Origin: Dehalococcoidia bacterium
GTDB lineage: Bacteria > Chloroflexota > Dehalococcoidia > SpSt-223
DNA length: 64,000 bases
Direction: 5' to 3'
NCBI GenBank assembly: GCA_026003895.1
Contig: BPIC01000003.1
Location: 175,148-239,147, forward strand
Below the pieces are notes generated by a model. It was given only the letters and a program-made list of their open reading frames with translations, was not told the origin of the DNA and did no database searches. The translations under genes and the position numbers were made by a program. Of this stretch, positions 25,723 to 35,042 are shown piece after piece. Each line of letters starts with the position of its first letter. The first letter of the stretch is position 1.

Positions 25723-26679
25723 TTGACAGCTCGCTCGTCCAAAATCAAGCTGGGTGTCGGCCTGAATGCCGTGCCGGATCGCACGCCGGACCGATTCTGG
25801 AGCTGGATCGATCTCTGCGAGCGCGAAGGGATCGATTCGATCTGGATTTCGGACCGCGTCACCGGGCCGCAGCCAAGCCTCGAGCCGATTACGGCGTTCG
25901 CCGCCATCGCCGGCCGGACACGCCGTTTGAAGTTTGGGCCGAGCGTCCTCGTCCTGCCGCTCCGCCAGCCGGTCGTGCTCGCCAAGGAGGTCGCCACCGT
26001 CGACTTCCTCTCGAATGGCCGCATGCTGCTCGCCATCGGCGTCGGGCTCGACGATGAGCGCGAATGGCAGGCTTGCGGTGTTCCGAAGCGCGAGCGCGGC
26101 GGCCGCACCGACGAAGCGATCGTCCTGATGCGCCGGTTGTGGACGGAGGAGCGCGTCACCTTCAACGGCCGCTATTTTCAGACGGAGGACGTGGCCATCA
26201 TGCCCAAGCCGATTCAGCAGCCGGTGCCGATTTGGATCGGCGGTCACACCGAGGCAGCACTGCGGCGCACCGGCACGCTCGGCGATGGCTGGCTCCCGTC
26301 GTTCGTCACCCCCGAGGAATTTGCCGAAGGATTGGCGATGATCCACCGCTACGAGCGCGAGGCGAACCGCGAGATCGAAGAGGACCACTTCGGGACCTTC
26401 ATCCTCTACCATGTGGCGGGGAGCCGCGAGCAAGCGATCGAACGGGCCGGGCGCCACCTCGTGCGGCCAGCGCGCCTGCGCGACACCTCGCTCGATAAGA
26501 CCTACTACGCGCTCGGAACAGCGGCCGACGTCCGTAACGCCGTCGAGCAGTACCTCGCGGTCGGGGCAACCAAGTTCGTCATGCGCCCAGTTGGGCCGGT
26601 CGAAGGGATCGCCGAGCAGCTCGAGGCGTTGGGGCGCGACGTCATCCCCTCGTTCACCCCGCTCGCCGCGAGGAACTGA
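25723..26679 (+). CDS. LLM-class (luciferase-like) F420-dependent oxidoreductase
   Basis: TTG start after GGGGGTGAGGA. Blocks: GIDSIWISDRV, LKFGPSVLVLPLRQPVVLAKEVATVDFLSNGRMLLAIGVG, FNGRYF and PVPIWIGG. Confidence 0.8.
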   Translation: MTARSSKIKLGVGLNAVPDRTPDRFWSWIDLCEREGIDSIWISDRVTGPQPSLEPITAFAAIAGRTRRLKFGPSVLVLPLRQPVVLAKEVATVDFLSNGRMLLAIGVGLDDEREWQACGVPKRERGGRTDEAIVLMRRLWTEERVTFNGRYFQTEDVAIMPKPIQQPVPIWIGGHTEAALRRTGTLGDGWLPSFVTPEEFAEGLAMIHRYEREANREIEEDHFGTFILYHVAGSREQAIERAGRHLVRPARLRDTSLDKTYYALGTAADVRNAVEQYLAVGATKFVMRPVGPVEGIAEQLEALGRDVIPSFTPLAARN

Positions 26680-27452
26680 TGGACCACGTGCTGTACGAGC
26701 GCCAAGGACCGGTGGCGATCGCCACGCTTAACCGCCCCGAGAAGCGCAACGCTCTCGCTCTCCAGACCTACGCCGAGCTGAGCCTGATCGTCCGCGACGT
26801 CGAGGGTACGTCGGCCTTGCGAGCGCTGGTCATCACCGGCGCGGGCAGCGCCTTCTCGGGCGGCGCCGATATCGACGAAGTGCTCGACCTCGAGGAAACG
26901 GTCGAAGCGGCGATCGGCCGCTTCAAGCAGTCACACGCGTTCATCGCGCTGCTCCGGTCGCTGTCCAAGCCGGTGATCGCGGCAATCACCGGCGACGCGG
27001 CCGGGGCAGGCTGCTCGATCGCGCTCGCCGCCGACCTGCGGCTGATGGCTGAGACGGCCCGCATCGGCCTCACCTTCTCCCGCGTAGGGCTCGGGCCGGA
27101 CATGGGCGCAAGCTACTTCCTTCCCCGCCTCGTTGGGCTGGCGAAGGCGTACGAGTTGGCCTTTACCGGCGACCTGATCACGGCGGCTGAAGCAGAGCGG
27201 ATCGGCCTCGTGAACCGCGTCCTCCCCGCCGATCGTGTCCTGCCGGAAGCGATCGCGCTGGCGCAGCGGCTCGCCCGCGGCCCCGCGCTCGCGCTGTCGG
27301 TCGCCAAGCGCTCCCTCGAACGCGGGTTGCTGCTCGACTTGGACGATGTGCTGCACGAGGAAATCGTCAGCCAAAGCCTGCTCCTCAACAGCCGCGACGG
27401 CCGCGAGGGGCTGCGGTCGTTCCGCGAGAAACGGCGGCCGGACTTCGCATGA
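26679..27452 (+). CDS. enoyl-CoA hydratase/isomerase (crotonase) family protein
   Basis: NRPEKRNAL, LVITGAGSAFSGGADI, PVIAAITGDAAGAGCSIALAADLRL and FREKRRPDF. The start overlaps the LLM stop (TGATG). Confidence 0.85.
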   Translation: MDHVLYERQGPVAIATLNRPEKRNALALQTYAELSLIVRDVEGTSALRALVITGAGSAFSGGADIDEVLDLEETVEAAIGRFKQSHAFIALLRSLSKPVIAAITGDAAGAGCSIALAADLRLMAETARIGLTFSRVGLGPDMGASYFLPRLVGLAKAYELAFTGDLITAAEAERIGLVNRVLPADRVLPEAIALAQRLARGPALALSVAKRSLERGLLLDLDDVLHEEIVSQSLLLNSRDGREGLRSFREKRRPDFA

Positions 27453-28645
27453 AGCCGCGCATCCGTCCTCTCGACGCTCGGTGGGTGCGCCACGAGGGCG
27501 AGCAGGTGTTGCTGTTGCAGGACCGCCAAGGGTTCCTGCCAGGACCACTGCTCGCCCCAACGGCCATTGCGGTCCTCCTCTCCCTCTGCGACGGAACCCG
27601 TGATATCCCGACCTTGGCAACGGCCTTCCGGCTGCGCACTGGTGAGCCAATCAGCGTTGAGGAGGTCCAGCGCATTGTCGATGAGTTGGACGCCGCCTAT
27701 GTGTTCGAATCGGAGCGTTTCTTGGCCGCCCAAGCGGCCCAGCTTGCCGACTACCGATCGCAACCGTACCGGCCGCCCTACCACGCCGGCGCAGTCTATC
27801 CGGAGCGGGTAGACGACCTGCTCAGTCAGATCGCCGGTTGGTGTCCGCCGGCTGCGGATTCGCGCCACGACATCCGCGCGGTCATCAGCCCTCACATCGA
27901 CTACGCTCGTGGCGGACCAGTCTACGGAGCAACGTGGCAAGCGGCCGCGGCCGCGGCGCGCGCCGCGGACACCATCGTGATCTTTGGCACCGACCACACC
28001 GGCGGCCCCGGCCGGCTCACGTTTACCCGCCACGGCTATCGCACGCCGTTCGGCGTTCTCCCGCCCGACGGACCGACGATCGTCGCCGCAGCACGGGCGA
28101 TCGGCGAGGACGAGGCTTTCGCCGAGGAGATCCACCATCGCACCGAGCACTCGATCGAGTTGGCGGCGGTCTGGCTGCATTGGGCGCTCGAAGGGAAGCC
28201 GACGCCGATCGTGCCGATCCTCTGCGGTTCGTTCTACCCCTACACGGAAGGCGAGCGCGACCCCGCCGCCGACCGGAGCTTTGCCGCCGTGCTCGACGCG
28301 CTCCATACGGCGCTCGCCGGCAAGCGAGTCCTCGTCGTGGCGGCGGCCGATCTCGCTCACGTCGGGCCGGTGTTCGGTGATGGCCCATTCCGCGAGGCCG
28401 AGCTGGCGCGGCTGCGCGAGCAAGACGAGCGAACCTTGGAAGCGCTCTGCGCCGGCGACTACGAACAGTTCTTCGGCGACCTCCGCGCTGAGCGCGACGC
28501 CCGCAAATATTGCGGCCTGCCGCCAATCTACCTGACGCTGCGCTTCCTCGCCGAGAGCCGTGGCGACGTGCTGCGCTACGAGCAGTGCCCCGCCGACCCC
28601 GAGCAGACATCGTGGGTAAGCATCGCCGGCGCACTCCTGCGCTGA
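27449..28645 (+). CDS. MEMO1 / AmmeMemoRadiSam system protein B homolog with N-terminal PqqD-like domain
   Basis: Residues ~130-398 carry AVISPHIDYARGG...IVIFGTDH...EHSIE...VVAAADLAHVGP...KYCGLPPI (MEMO/AmmeMemoRadiSam-B blocks). Residues ~20-95, LLAPTAIAVLLSLCDGTRDIPTLATAFRLRTGEPISVEEVQRIVDELDAAYVFE, fit the PqqD pattern (Ln.ta..il.l.DG.rt..ei...l.......e.v..dv..fl..L). ATGA overlap with the upstream gene. Confidence 0.75.
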   Translation: MKPRIRPLDARWVRHEGEQVLLLQDRQGFLPGPLLAPTAIAVLLSLCDGTRDIPTLATAFRLRTGEPISVEEVQRIVDELDAAYVFESERFLAAQAAQLADYRSQPYRPPYHAGAVYPERVDDLLSQIAGWCPPAADSRHDIRAVISPHIDYARGGPVYGATWQAAAAAARAADTIVIFGTDHTGGPGRLTFTRHGYRTPFGVLPPDGPTIVAAARAIGEDEAFAEEIHHRTEHSIELAAVWLHWALEGKPTPIVPILCGSFYPYTEGERDPAADRSFAAVLDALHTALAGKRVLVVAAADLAHVGPVFGDGPFREAELARLREQDERTLEALCAGDYEQFFGDLRAERDARKYCGLPPIYLTLRFLAESRGDVLRYEQCPADPEQTSWVSIAGALLR

Positions 28646-28652
28646 GCCGCCC

Positions 28653-29693
28653 TCAGGCGGTGACGACGATCTTGCCGACCACGTCGCGCCGCTCCATCTT
28701 GCGCAGCCCCTCCGGCAGCGCTTCGAACGGGAAGACCGAGTCGATCACCGGAGTGAGAGCGCCTTGCGCCGTGAGATCGAGGATGTGACGCAACTCCGGT
28801 CGGGTCCAGGTCGCCGAACCATAGATCCGCCACTCTTTGGCAATTCCAGCAATCAGGTCGAGGCTCGCCGTCTTGCCAGACATGTAGCCTCCAAGGACCA
28901 GCCGGCCACGCGGGCGGAGCGTCAGCAATGCCGGGGGGATCGTCGCCGCGCCCGGAACGTCGTAGACCACGTCAACACCACGCCCGCCCGTGATCGCCAG
29001 CACGTGGCGAGTGAAATCGGGCTCCTCGCGGTGATCGATGACGTGTTGGACGCCCAGCTCGCGCAGCCGCCGCAACTTTTCCGGCGAGCCAGCGGTGCCA
29101 ATCACCCGCGCCCCCGCCAGCCGGGCCACCTGCACGCCGGCGACCCCGATCCCACTGGATGCTCCGGTGATCAGTACCCACTCACCGGCGCGCAGCGCGG
29201 CGTGGCGAATCAGCATGTGCCACGCCGTCGCTGCCGCCGTCGACAGCGCTGCCGCCGCTTCGAAACTCACCGGATCCGCCAGCGGAATGGCGAACTGCGC
29301 CGGGACGCGGGCGACCTCCTGATAGGCGCCGTCGACGGTGCGGCCGAACTGGCGACGCTGGAGACAGGTGTTTTCCCAGCCGTCGAGGCATTGGTCGCAG
29401 ACCCCACAGCTCCACCAATAGTGGACCGTGACTCGGTCGCCGACCGCGCGATCCGCAACGCGCTCGCCCACGGCAATCACCTCGCCAGCCGCTTCGATGC
29501 CCGGCGCCATCGGCAGCGTCCGCCCGTGGTGGTAGCCTTCCCATTCGCCATTGATCAGTTGAAGCTCTGAGCTATTCAGCCCGATCGCTCGAACGCGGAT
29601 TAGGACATCGTCCGGTCCGCACGCCGGCTCGGCAACCTCGTCCAGCCGGAGATTGTCGATCGAACCGACCGCGTGCAGCCGCCAAGCGCGCAT
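28653..29693 (-). CDS. zinc-binding alcohol dehydrogenase family (MDR) oxidoreductase
   Basis: GIEAAGEVIAVG and a structural-Zn Cys cluster CGVCDQCLDGWENTC. Cofactor loop LITGASSGIGVAGVQVARLAGARVIG. Confidence 0.8.
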   Translation of the reverse strand: MRAWRLHAVGSIDNLRLDEVAEPACGPDDVLIRVRAIGLNSSELQLINGEWEGYHHGRTLPMAPGIEAAGEVIAVGERVADRAVGDRVTVHYWWSCGVCDQCLDGWENTCLQRRQFGRTVDGAYQEVARVPAQFAIPLADPVSFEAAAALSTAAATAWHMLIRHAALRAGEWVLITGASSGIGVAGVQVARLAGARVIGTAGSPEKLRRLRELGVQHVIDHREEPDFTRHVLAITGGRGVDVVYDVPGAATIPPALLTLRPRGRLVLGGYMSGKTASLDLIAGIAKEWRIYGSATWTRPELRHILDLTAQGALTPVIDSVFPFEALPEGLRKMERRDVVGKIVVTA

Positions 29694-29696
29694 GGG

Positions 29697-32123
29697 CTAC
29701 CTCCGTTCGATGACGTTCGGACGCAAGAGGACGCGATCGGCCTCGACGCGTTCGCGCGCATAGGGCAAGCCGAGCCGCGCGAGGAGCTGCACCGCCCGGT
29801 CGAGCGGCGACCAAACCACGGGTTGGATCGCGAGGCGCTCGCCGGTGGTGCGATCGTACAATCCGACCGCGATTCGGTAGCCGCCGGCAGGAGCATTGGG
29901 GTCGATCGGGATGTCGTACCGGTCCTTGATCACCTCGCCGGCACGCCACGCCGTCGTCGGGTACGCTCCGAACACGGGCTGGCTGTCGCGCTGGCCATAC
30001 AGCGTCGTCGGCTCGCCGTCGTGGATCAGATGCGTGAAGACCGTCAAGTCGCGTTCGCCGTCGCGCAGCGCCTTCCAATAGAGCGTGACACCGAGCGTTT
30101 CGCCCGCGGCCGCGACCGGTTTGTCGATATCGTAGCCAACCAGCGCGATCGCGTCGCCGAAGATCGCTGGTGTGGTGTGGCGGAAGGGAAGCGACGCCTG
30201 ATCCTCGGGCCGGCCACGTTCGACTGTGACCATGCCGAGCACATGTTGGTCCGCCGCAGAACCGCCCGAAACCGGCTCGGGCATCACCGTCTCCCGCCGG
30301 TAGACTTGGAGGACAAGCGAGTAGATGCCGGGCGGTGTGGCCGGATCGAGGACGAGCCGATGGAAGATGGTGAACCGATCGCCGGGCTGCCAGTCGCGCG
30401 GTGGCGCCGGCGACAGATCGTGCGCCGCCCAGACGCTCGACCACGGACCAACAAGCTTGAGCGAAAACGAGAGGTCGCCCGGCGCGTCGCCCGCTCGTAC
30501 CAACCAGTCGACCGGAACGGTGATCGTCTCGCCGGCGCGGATCGTCCCGCGGAGCGCCGCGCCGGTCAACGTGAGGTGATGGCCGAAAGCGGGGCCGTCG
30601 CTCTCCCGGCGCGCCGGCAGGCTGGCAGCGTCATACGCCGTAAGCCCGCGCTGGCCAGCCGGCCCGGGGATATCCACCGCCGGCGCCACGGTGTCGAGCC
30701 CGGGCGGGCGGGCAAAGGCCGGAAAATAGACGAGGCCACCGTGGGCCGGAACGAGCAGCGCCTGCTGGCCATCGAACCAGCGCGCCGCCACGTCGCGCCC
30801 GGCGATCAAGTTCAGGTCGAGCGGGTCGAGGTCGTAGGGATACTCGCCCGCGAGCGTGGGTAGCTCGCGAAATTGCAGGCGCCGCGCAAGCGCAGCGTAG
30901 TCCGCCCGAAAGAAGGCGCGCTGCTCGGGCGACTCCGCCCAGCGGACGAAGAGGTCGTAGGCAGTGAGCGTGCCAAAGAGTGCGAGGCCGACGACGGCGG
31001 CGGGTGCCCCCACCCGCGCCGGAATGCGATCGGCGAGCCAATCGAGCGCAAGCGCTGGCAGGATGAAGACCACCGGTAGTGCGCCGATCGTCCGTAGGAA
31101 ATGGGGGCTCTCGCCCGAAATAAAGCCCGGCAGCAGCATCACCAGTAGCCAGAGCAGGATCATGAGCGAGGGAAACAGGCGCGGACCACGCCCAACCGCC
31201 CGGCCGACCGTGAGCGCCAGCCCACCGAGGAACAGGGCACCGGAGAGCGGGTCGAACACCGGCCGGCCCGCGAGGTTGTACTTCCACGAGTCGTCACCGT
31301 GGACGACGAACATGCCGAGGGTGTTCAGCGTGTCGCGCAGGAGGGGCCGAAAATCGCCTTCCAGCAGAATCGGCCGCAGGTCGTTCACCTGAGCAGAGCG
31401 GAGCGCGAAGGCATCGGGGTGCTCCCAGTAGTAGAGGGCGAGCGGGGAGAAGACGAGAGCGGCAAACGCGACAAGGACGACGAGGCCGCCCAGTGAGAGC
31501 GCGGGCCCATTCGCCCGCCTGCCGGTCCACCACGCGGCGGCCACCCAGCCAGCAAGCAGCAGCGGCACGAAGCGGCTCGAAAGGTAGGTGTACATCGTCG
31601 CGCCGAGCAAGGCTCCGCCCAGCGCATACCGCCCGAGGCCGCCACGGCAGACGGCGCGAAAGAAGGCAAGCGCTGCGAGCGAGAGGAAGAACGGAAGCGT
31701 CACGGCGCGAAAGGCGGTGTGGGAAACGTGCACTGGCCAATAGGCAAGCGCGACAAAGGCAGCGGCGAGCAGCGCGGTGCGCCGGCCGAAGAGATCGGCG
31801 GTGAGCCGGTAGACAGCAGCGACGGTGAGCAGGCCAAACGCCGCCGAAACGATCCGCGCGGGCCACACGCCGACACCGAACAGGGCAAACGAGCCGGCGA
31901 GCGTGTAGATATAGATCGGCTCGCGGCCGTTGCTGCGCTCGAAGAAGACGCGGTGCTCCCCGGCCAACACGTTCCGAGCGTCGAGGGCATAGGCAGCTTC
32001 GTCGTGTTGAAAGCCCGCCGGCAACTCGCCGATCTGTGCGAAGCGCAGCGCGGCGGCAGCAAGCAGAATTACCAGCAGCGCAGGAAGGGTATTGTCGCGG
32101 CGAACGACCGAGGGGGCGCCCAT
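29697..32123 (-). CDS. ArnT/PMT-like glycosyltransferase (GT39/GT83-type), multi-pass membrane protein with large C-terminal soluble domain
   Basis: N-terminal LRFAQIGELPAGFQHDEAAYALDA...REPIYIYT...GLLTVAAVYRLTADLFGRR pattern of dolichyl/undecaprenyl-phosphate-sugar transferases. More than 10 TM helices, then a ~350-aa extracytoplasmic region. Confidence 0.75.
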   Translation of the reverse strand: MGAPSVVRRDNTLPALLVILLAAAALRFAQIGELPAGFQHDEAAYALDARNVLAGEHRVFFERSNGREPIYIYTLAGSFALFGVGVWPARIVSAAFGLLTVAAVYRLTADLFGRRTALLAAAFVALAYWPVHVSHTAFRAVTLPFFLSLAALAFFRAVCRGGLGRYALGGALLGATMYTYLSSRFVPLLLAGWVAAAWWTGRRANGPALSLGGLVVLVAFAALVFSPLALYYWEHPDAFALRSAQVNDLRPILLEGDFRPLLRDTLNTLGMFVVHGDDSWKYNLAGRPVFDPLSGALFLGGLALTVGRAVGRGPRLFPSLMILLWLLVMLLPGFISGESPHFLRTIGALPVVFILPALALDWLADRIPARVGAPAAVVGLALFGTLTAYDLFVRWAESPEQRAFFRADYAALARRLQFRELPTLAGEYPYDLDPLDLNLIAGRDVAARWFDGQQALLVPAHGGLVYFPAFARPPGLDTVAPAVDIPGPAGQRGLTAYDAASLPARRESDGPAFGHHLTLTGAALRGTIRAGETITVPVDWLVRAGDAPGDLSFSLKLVGPWSSVWAAHDLSPAPPRDWQPGDRFTIFHRLVLDPATPPGIYSLVLQVYRRETVMPEPVSGGSAADQHVLGMVTVERGRPEDQASLPFRHTTPAIFGDAIALVGYDIDKPVAAAGETLGVTLYWKALRDGERDLTVFTHLIHDGEPTTLYGQRDSQPVFGAYPTTAWRAGEVIKDRYDIPIDPNAPAGGYRIAVGLYDRTTGERLAIQPVVWSPLDRAVQLLARLGLPYARERVEADRVLLRPNVIERR

Positions 32124-32167
32124 CGGTCAGGGATTCTAGCTGGCCATCGATCGCGGCTCGTCGCTTT

Positions 32168-32389
32168 TCAGCCGGTGGAGGGCGGCGTCCATTTCCAGCC
32201 GGTTTGCTCCTCCACCTCGCGCAGCTCCTGCCGCCGCCGCTCGACGAGGGCACGCGCCTTCTCCTCGACGCCCTCGCGGTTCAGGAGCAGCCCGATCTGG
32301 GTATTTCCGTGCCAGATCTGGACGTAGTCGCCATCAACGACGAGCCGGTAGTGCTCGCGCTGCTGATCTTCGGTCAGCGTCGGTTGCAT
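32168..32389 (-). CDS. small hypothetical protein (73 aa)
   Basis: ATG follows AAGGTGAGGG. Balanced composition (MQPTLTEDQQREHYRLVVDGDYVQIWHGNTQIGLLL...). No known domain. Confidence 0.45.
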   Translation of the reverse strand: MQPTLTEDQQREHYRLVVDGDYVQIWHGNTQIGLLLNREGVEEKARALVERRRQELREVEEQTGWKWTPPSTG

Positions 32390-32469
32390 AAGGAACCCTC
32401 ACCTTGGCCCCCTCCTTGCCGACTGGCCAGAAGAGGGGGAACGGTTGGGAGCAGTGTAGCGCAGTCGGT

Positions 32470-34158
32470 TCAGCCGTCGTTTTCTGCGCCGCTCAGTCGG
32501 CGGGCGATCAGCCGTGCCTCCTGGGCGCTGACACCGAACCGCTGGAGGGTAACGCGCGCCATCTCGGCGGCCGTTTCGAGTTCTCCGACAATGGCGACCG
32601 AGACACCACGCCCGAGGAGAAAGTCGCGCTCCTCGAGGTTGTGGGCGCGCGCGACGATGGTGAGCTGGGGGTTGACCTGACGGACATAGTCGACGATCCG
32701 GCGGGTCGTCAGCGCGTCGGGCACCGCGATGACGACGGCCCGTGCCCCCTTGAGTCCGAGCTGATCGAGCACAGCGGGGAGACCCGCGTCGCCGAGGAGG
32801 ACGGCGTCGCCGCGCTGGCGGCCGCGCTGGACGATGCGCTGGTCGAGATCCACGGCCGCCCAGCGCAAGCCACGCCGCTCAAGGACAACGGCGATCGCGC
32901 TGCCGATCTGCCCGAGGCCGCAGATGACGACGTGGCCGCGGAGCGGCGCGTCGGGCCCGCTCGGCGGGAGCGCAGCAAGCGCCGACGGCGGCAGACGGTC
33001 TTGCGCCCAGCGTCCCAAGAGTTTCGCAGCCCGGTACAGCGGCGCAACGAGAATGATGCTGAGCACCGAACCGGCAAGCATCACGTTGAACACGAGGCTA
33101 GAGACCGCCCCGAGGTCGAGGCCAACGCGAGCCATCAGAAACGAGAACTCAGCCGACTGGGCGAGCAGCGCCCCGCTCGGAATGGCGACAGCGAGCGGGG
33201 CACGCAGCGCCCACGCCAGACCAGCCGTGAGTGCGCCCTTGACGACGACGATGAGCGCCGCCGTGAGGACAACCAGCGGTAGGTAGTTCACGACAAAGAG
33301 GGGATCAACCAGCATCCCGACTGAGACGAAAAAGAGCCCGACAAAGAGATCGCGCAGCGGCACCGCCTCGCCGAGGATCTGGTAGGACAAGTCCGATTCG
33401 GCGATAACGACACCGGCGACGAACGCCCCAATTGCCAGCGACAGGCCAAACCACGACGCCAGCCAAGCGACCCCAAGCGCGACGGCGGCCACCGAGAGGA
33501 TAAACACCTCGCGACTCCCGAGCGCGGCAACCCGCAGGAACAGCCGCGGCAGCACCCACGAGCCCACCGGGAGAATGAGCACGAGGAAGAGCGCAGCCCG
33601 ACCGAGGGCGAGCGCGAGGTCTTCGAGCGGAGTGGCGCTGCCCGTAGCAAGGGCGCTCAGCACGACGACCAGAACAATGGTGCTCAGGTCCTGCACGGTC
33701 GACCAGGCGAGGGCGATCCGCCCTTCGGGGGCCCCGCTCGCGCCGCGCTCGTCGAGCACTTTGCTCAGCACCGTGCTCGACGAGTTCGAGAGGACCGCGC
33801 CGAAGAACAGCGCTTCGGTCGGCGTCCAGCCCAGCAGGTGGCCAACCAAGGCGCCAATGCCTACCATCGCCGCGACCTGCGCCACCCCGCCGCCAATCGC
33901 CAGCCGGCCGACGCGCCGCAAATCACGCAGGGACAGTTGGATCCCGACGGTAAACATCAAGAGGATGATGCCGATGTTGGCGAGCGCCTCGACCGTTTGG
34001 ACATCGCCGACGACCCCGGGGGTAAACGGGCTGATCGCCACGCCCGCAAGGAGGTAGCCGAGGATGATCGACAGACGCAGCCGGACGGCGAGCGCCGCGC
34101 CAACGATCGCGACGGCGAGCGCCAACGCCAGATTGACCAGCAGGCCCGATGCGTCCAC
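32470..34158 (-). CDS. monovalent cation:proton antiporter-2 (CPA2, KefB/KefC-like) with C-terminal TrkA-N/RCK domain
   Basis: Na_H_Exchanger membrane core (LGYLLAGVAISPF...) plus HVVICGLGQIGSAIAVVLE, a Rossmann-type RCK domain. Confidence 0.85.
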   Translation of the reverse strand: MDASGLLVNLALALAVAIVGAALAVRLRLSIILGYLLAGVAISPFTPGVVGDVQTVEALANIGIILLMFTVGIQLSLRDLRRVGRLAIGGGVAQVAAMVGIGALVGHLLGWTPTEALFFGAVLSNSSSTVLSKVLDERGASGAPEGRIALAWSTVQDLSTIVLVVVLSALATGSATPLEDLALALGRAALFLVLILPVGSWVLPRLFLRVAALGSREVFILSVAAVALGVAWLASWFGLSLAIGAFVAGVVIAESDLSYQILGEAVPLRDLFVGLFFVSVGMLVDPLFVVNYLPLVVLTAALIVVVKGALTAGLAWALRAPLAVAIPSGALLAQSAEFSFLMARVGLDLGAVSSLVFNVMLAGSVLSIILVAPLYRAAKLLGRWAQDRLPPSALAALPPSGPDAPLRGHVVICGLGQIGSAIAVVLERRGLRWAAVDLDQRIVQRGRQRGDAVLLGDAGLPAVLDQLGLKGARAVVIAVPDALTTRRIVDYVRQVNPQLTIVARAHNLEERDFLLGRGVSVAIVGELETAAEMARVTLQRFGVSAQEARLIARRLSGAENDG

Positions 34159-34429
34159 GCGCCTCTCTGCCGCGCCGATGTCCCTCTCGCGCTGACGCGA
34201 ACGGGCAGCACAATGCTACCGGATGACGCGCCGGGATCCCGCGCCTCGCAACTGACAATCGGCGGCATCCGAGGAACCGGAGAGCAGAGGGGAAGGCCCG
34301 GCGGGAGCGTGTGTATTCCGAGAGGGCGTCTCTCGCGACGCCCCTCGCTCCATCGCTCCCCGCCGTCAGGCCACTGCGGAGAGCAGGTTGATTCACCGCT
34401 CCATTGGCGCGGGCACGACGAAAACCGTC

Positions 34430-35020
34430 CTAGGAGCCGGCACTATCCACAAACACGGTCGGCGAGTAGAACGTCTCGCCGGAAGAGGACGCTGTGACAA
34501 ACACCGTCGCCTCTGCTGAGACCGTGCCACCGCAGTTGTCGGCCTGCACCCGGATCACGGTCTGCCCCGCGGTGCTGAACACATAGGTGGCGCTGGACGT
34601 GTTCTGCCCGAGGCTCGGCGCTGGCGTCCAGCTGTAGCCAATCGGCAGGGTGGCATCCGCTGGGCTGGGGGCCGCAGAGAACGCGGCCGGCTCATTGACG
34701 GCGACATTGCCGGGGCCGCTGATGCTGACACTGGCGAGCGCCGTGGTGCAGCTTGGCTGAACTCCCTGGCCACAGAGCAGTCCCGCGCAGAGAGTCACTT
34801 GGTTGCGGACGGTACCGGCGGCCGGCTGAGCCATGACGTTTTGCAGTCGGAGGCCGGGCGCCGTGAGGAGCCCGCCGCCGCCAGAAAGGACGTTCCGCGG
34901 AATCGATTCGCCGGCGGCGAAGGCGATGCCGCCGGCCAACAGGCCGAGCAGCACCAAGGGCGCGACCACCAACACCAGCCAGCGACTGCGAGGTAGCGAG
35001 CGGATGTGAGGAATCATCAC
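34430..35020 (-). CDS. secreted SGGGG-motif protein with C-terminal PKD-like domain (partner of 35043..36428)
   Basis: Signal anchor RSRWLVLVVAPLVLLGLLAGGIAFAAG. The motif NVLSGGGGLLTAPGLRLQNVMAQPAAGTVRNQVTLCAGLL is homologous to SVISGGGGRASGATYAVDVVIGQPFAGPTTSTNRSVFAGFL of ORF 45086. PKD-like ...VNEPAAFSAAPSP...YSWTPAP...ATYVFSTAGQTVIRVQADN. The start follows AAGGGAGA. Confidence 0.6.
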   Translation of the reverse strand: MMIPHIRSLPRSRWLVLVVAPLVLLGLLAGGIAFAAGESIPRNVLSGGGGLLTAPGLRLQNVMAQPAAGTVRNQVTLCAGLLCGQGVQPSCTTALASVSISGPGNVAVNEPAAFSAAPSPADATLPIGYSWTPAPSLGQNTSSATYVFSTAGQTVIRVQADNCGGTVSAEATVFVTASSSGETFYSPTVFVDSAGS

Positions 35021-35042
35021 GCGTCTCCCTTGTCACGTCTGG

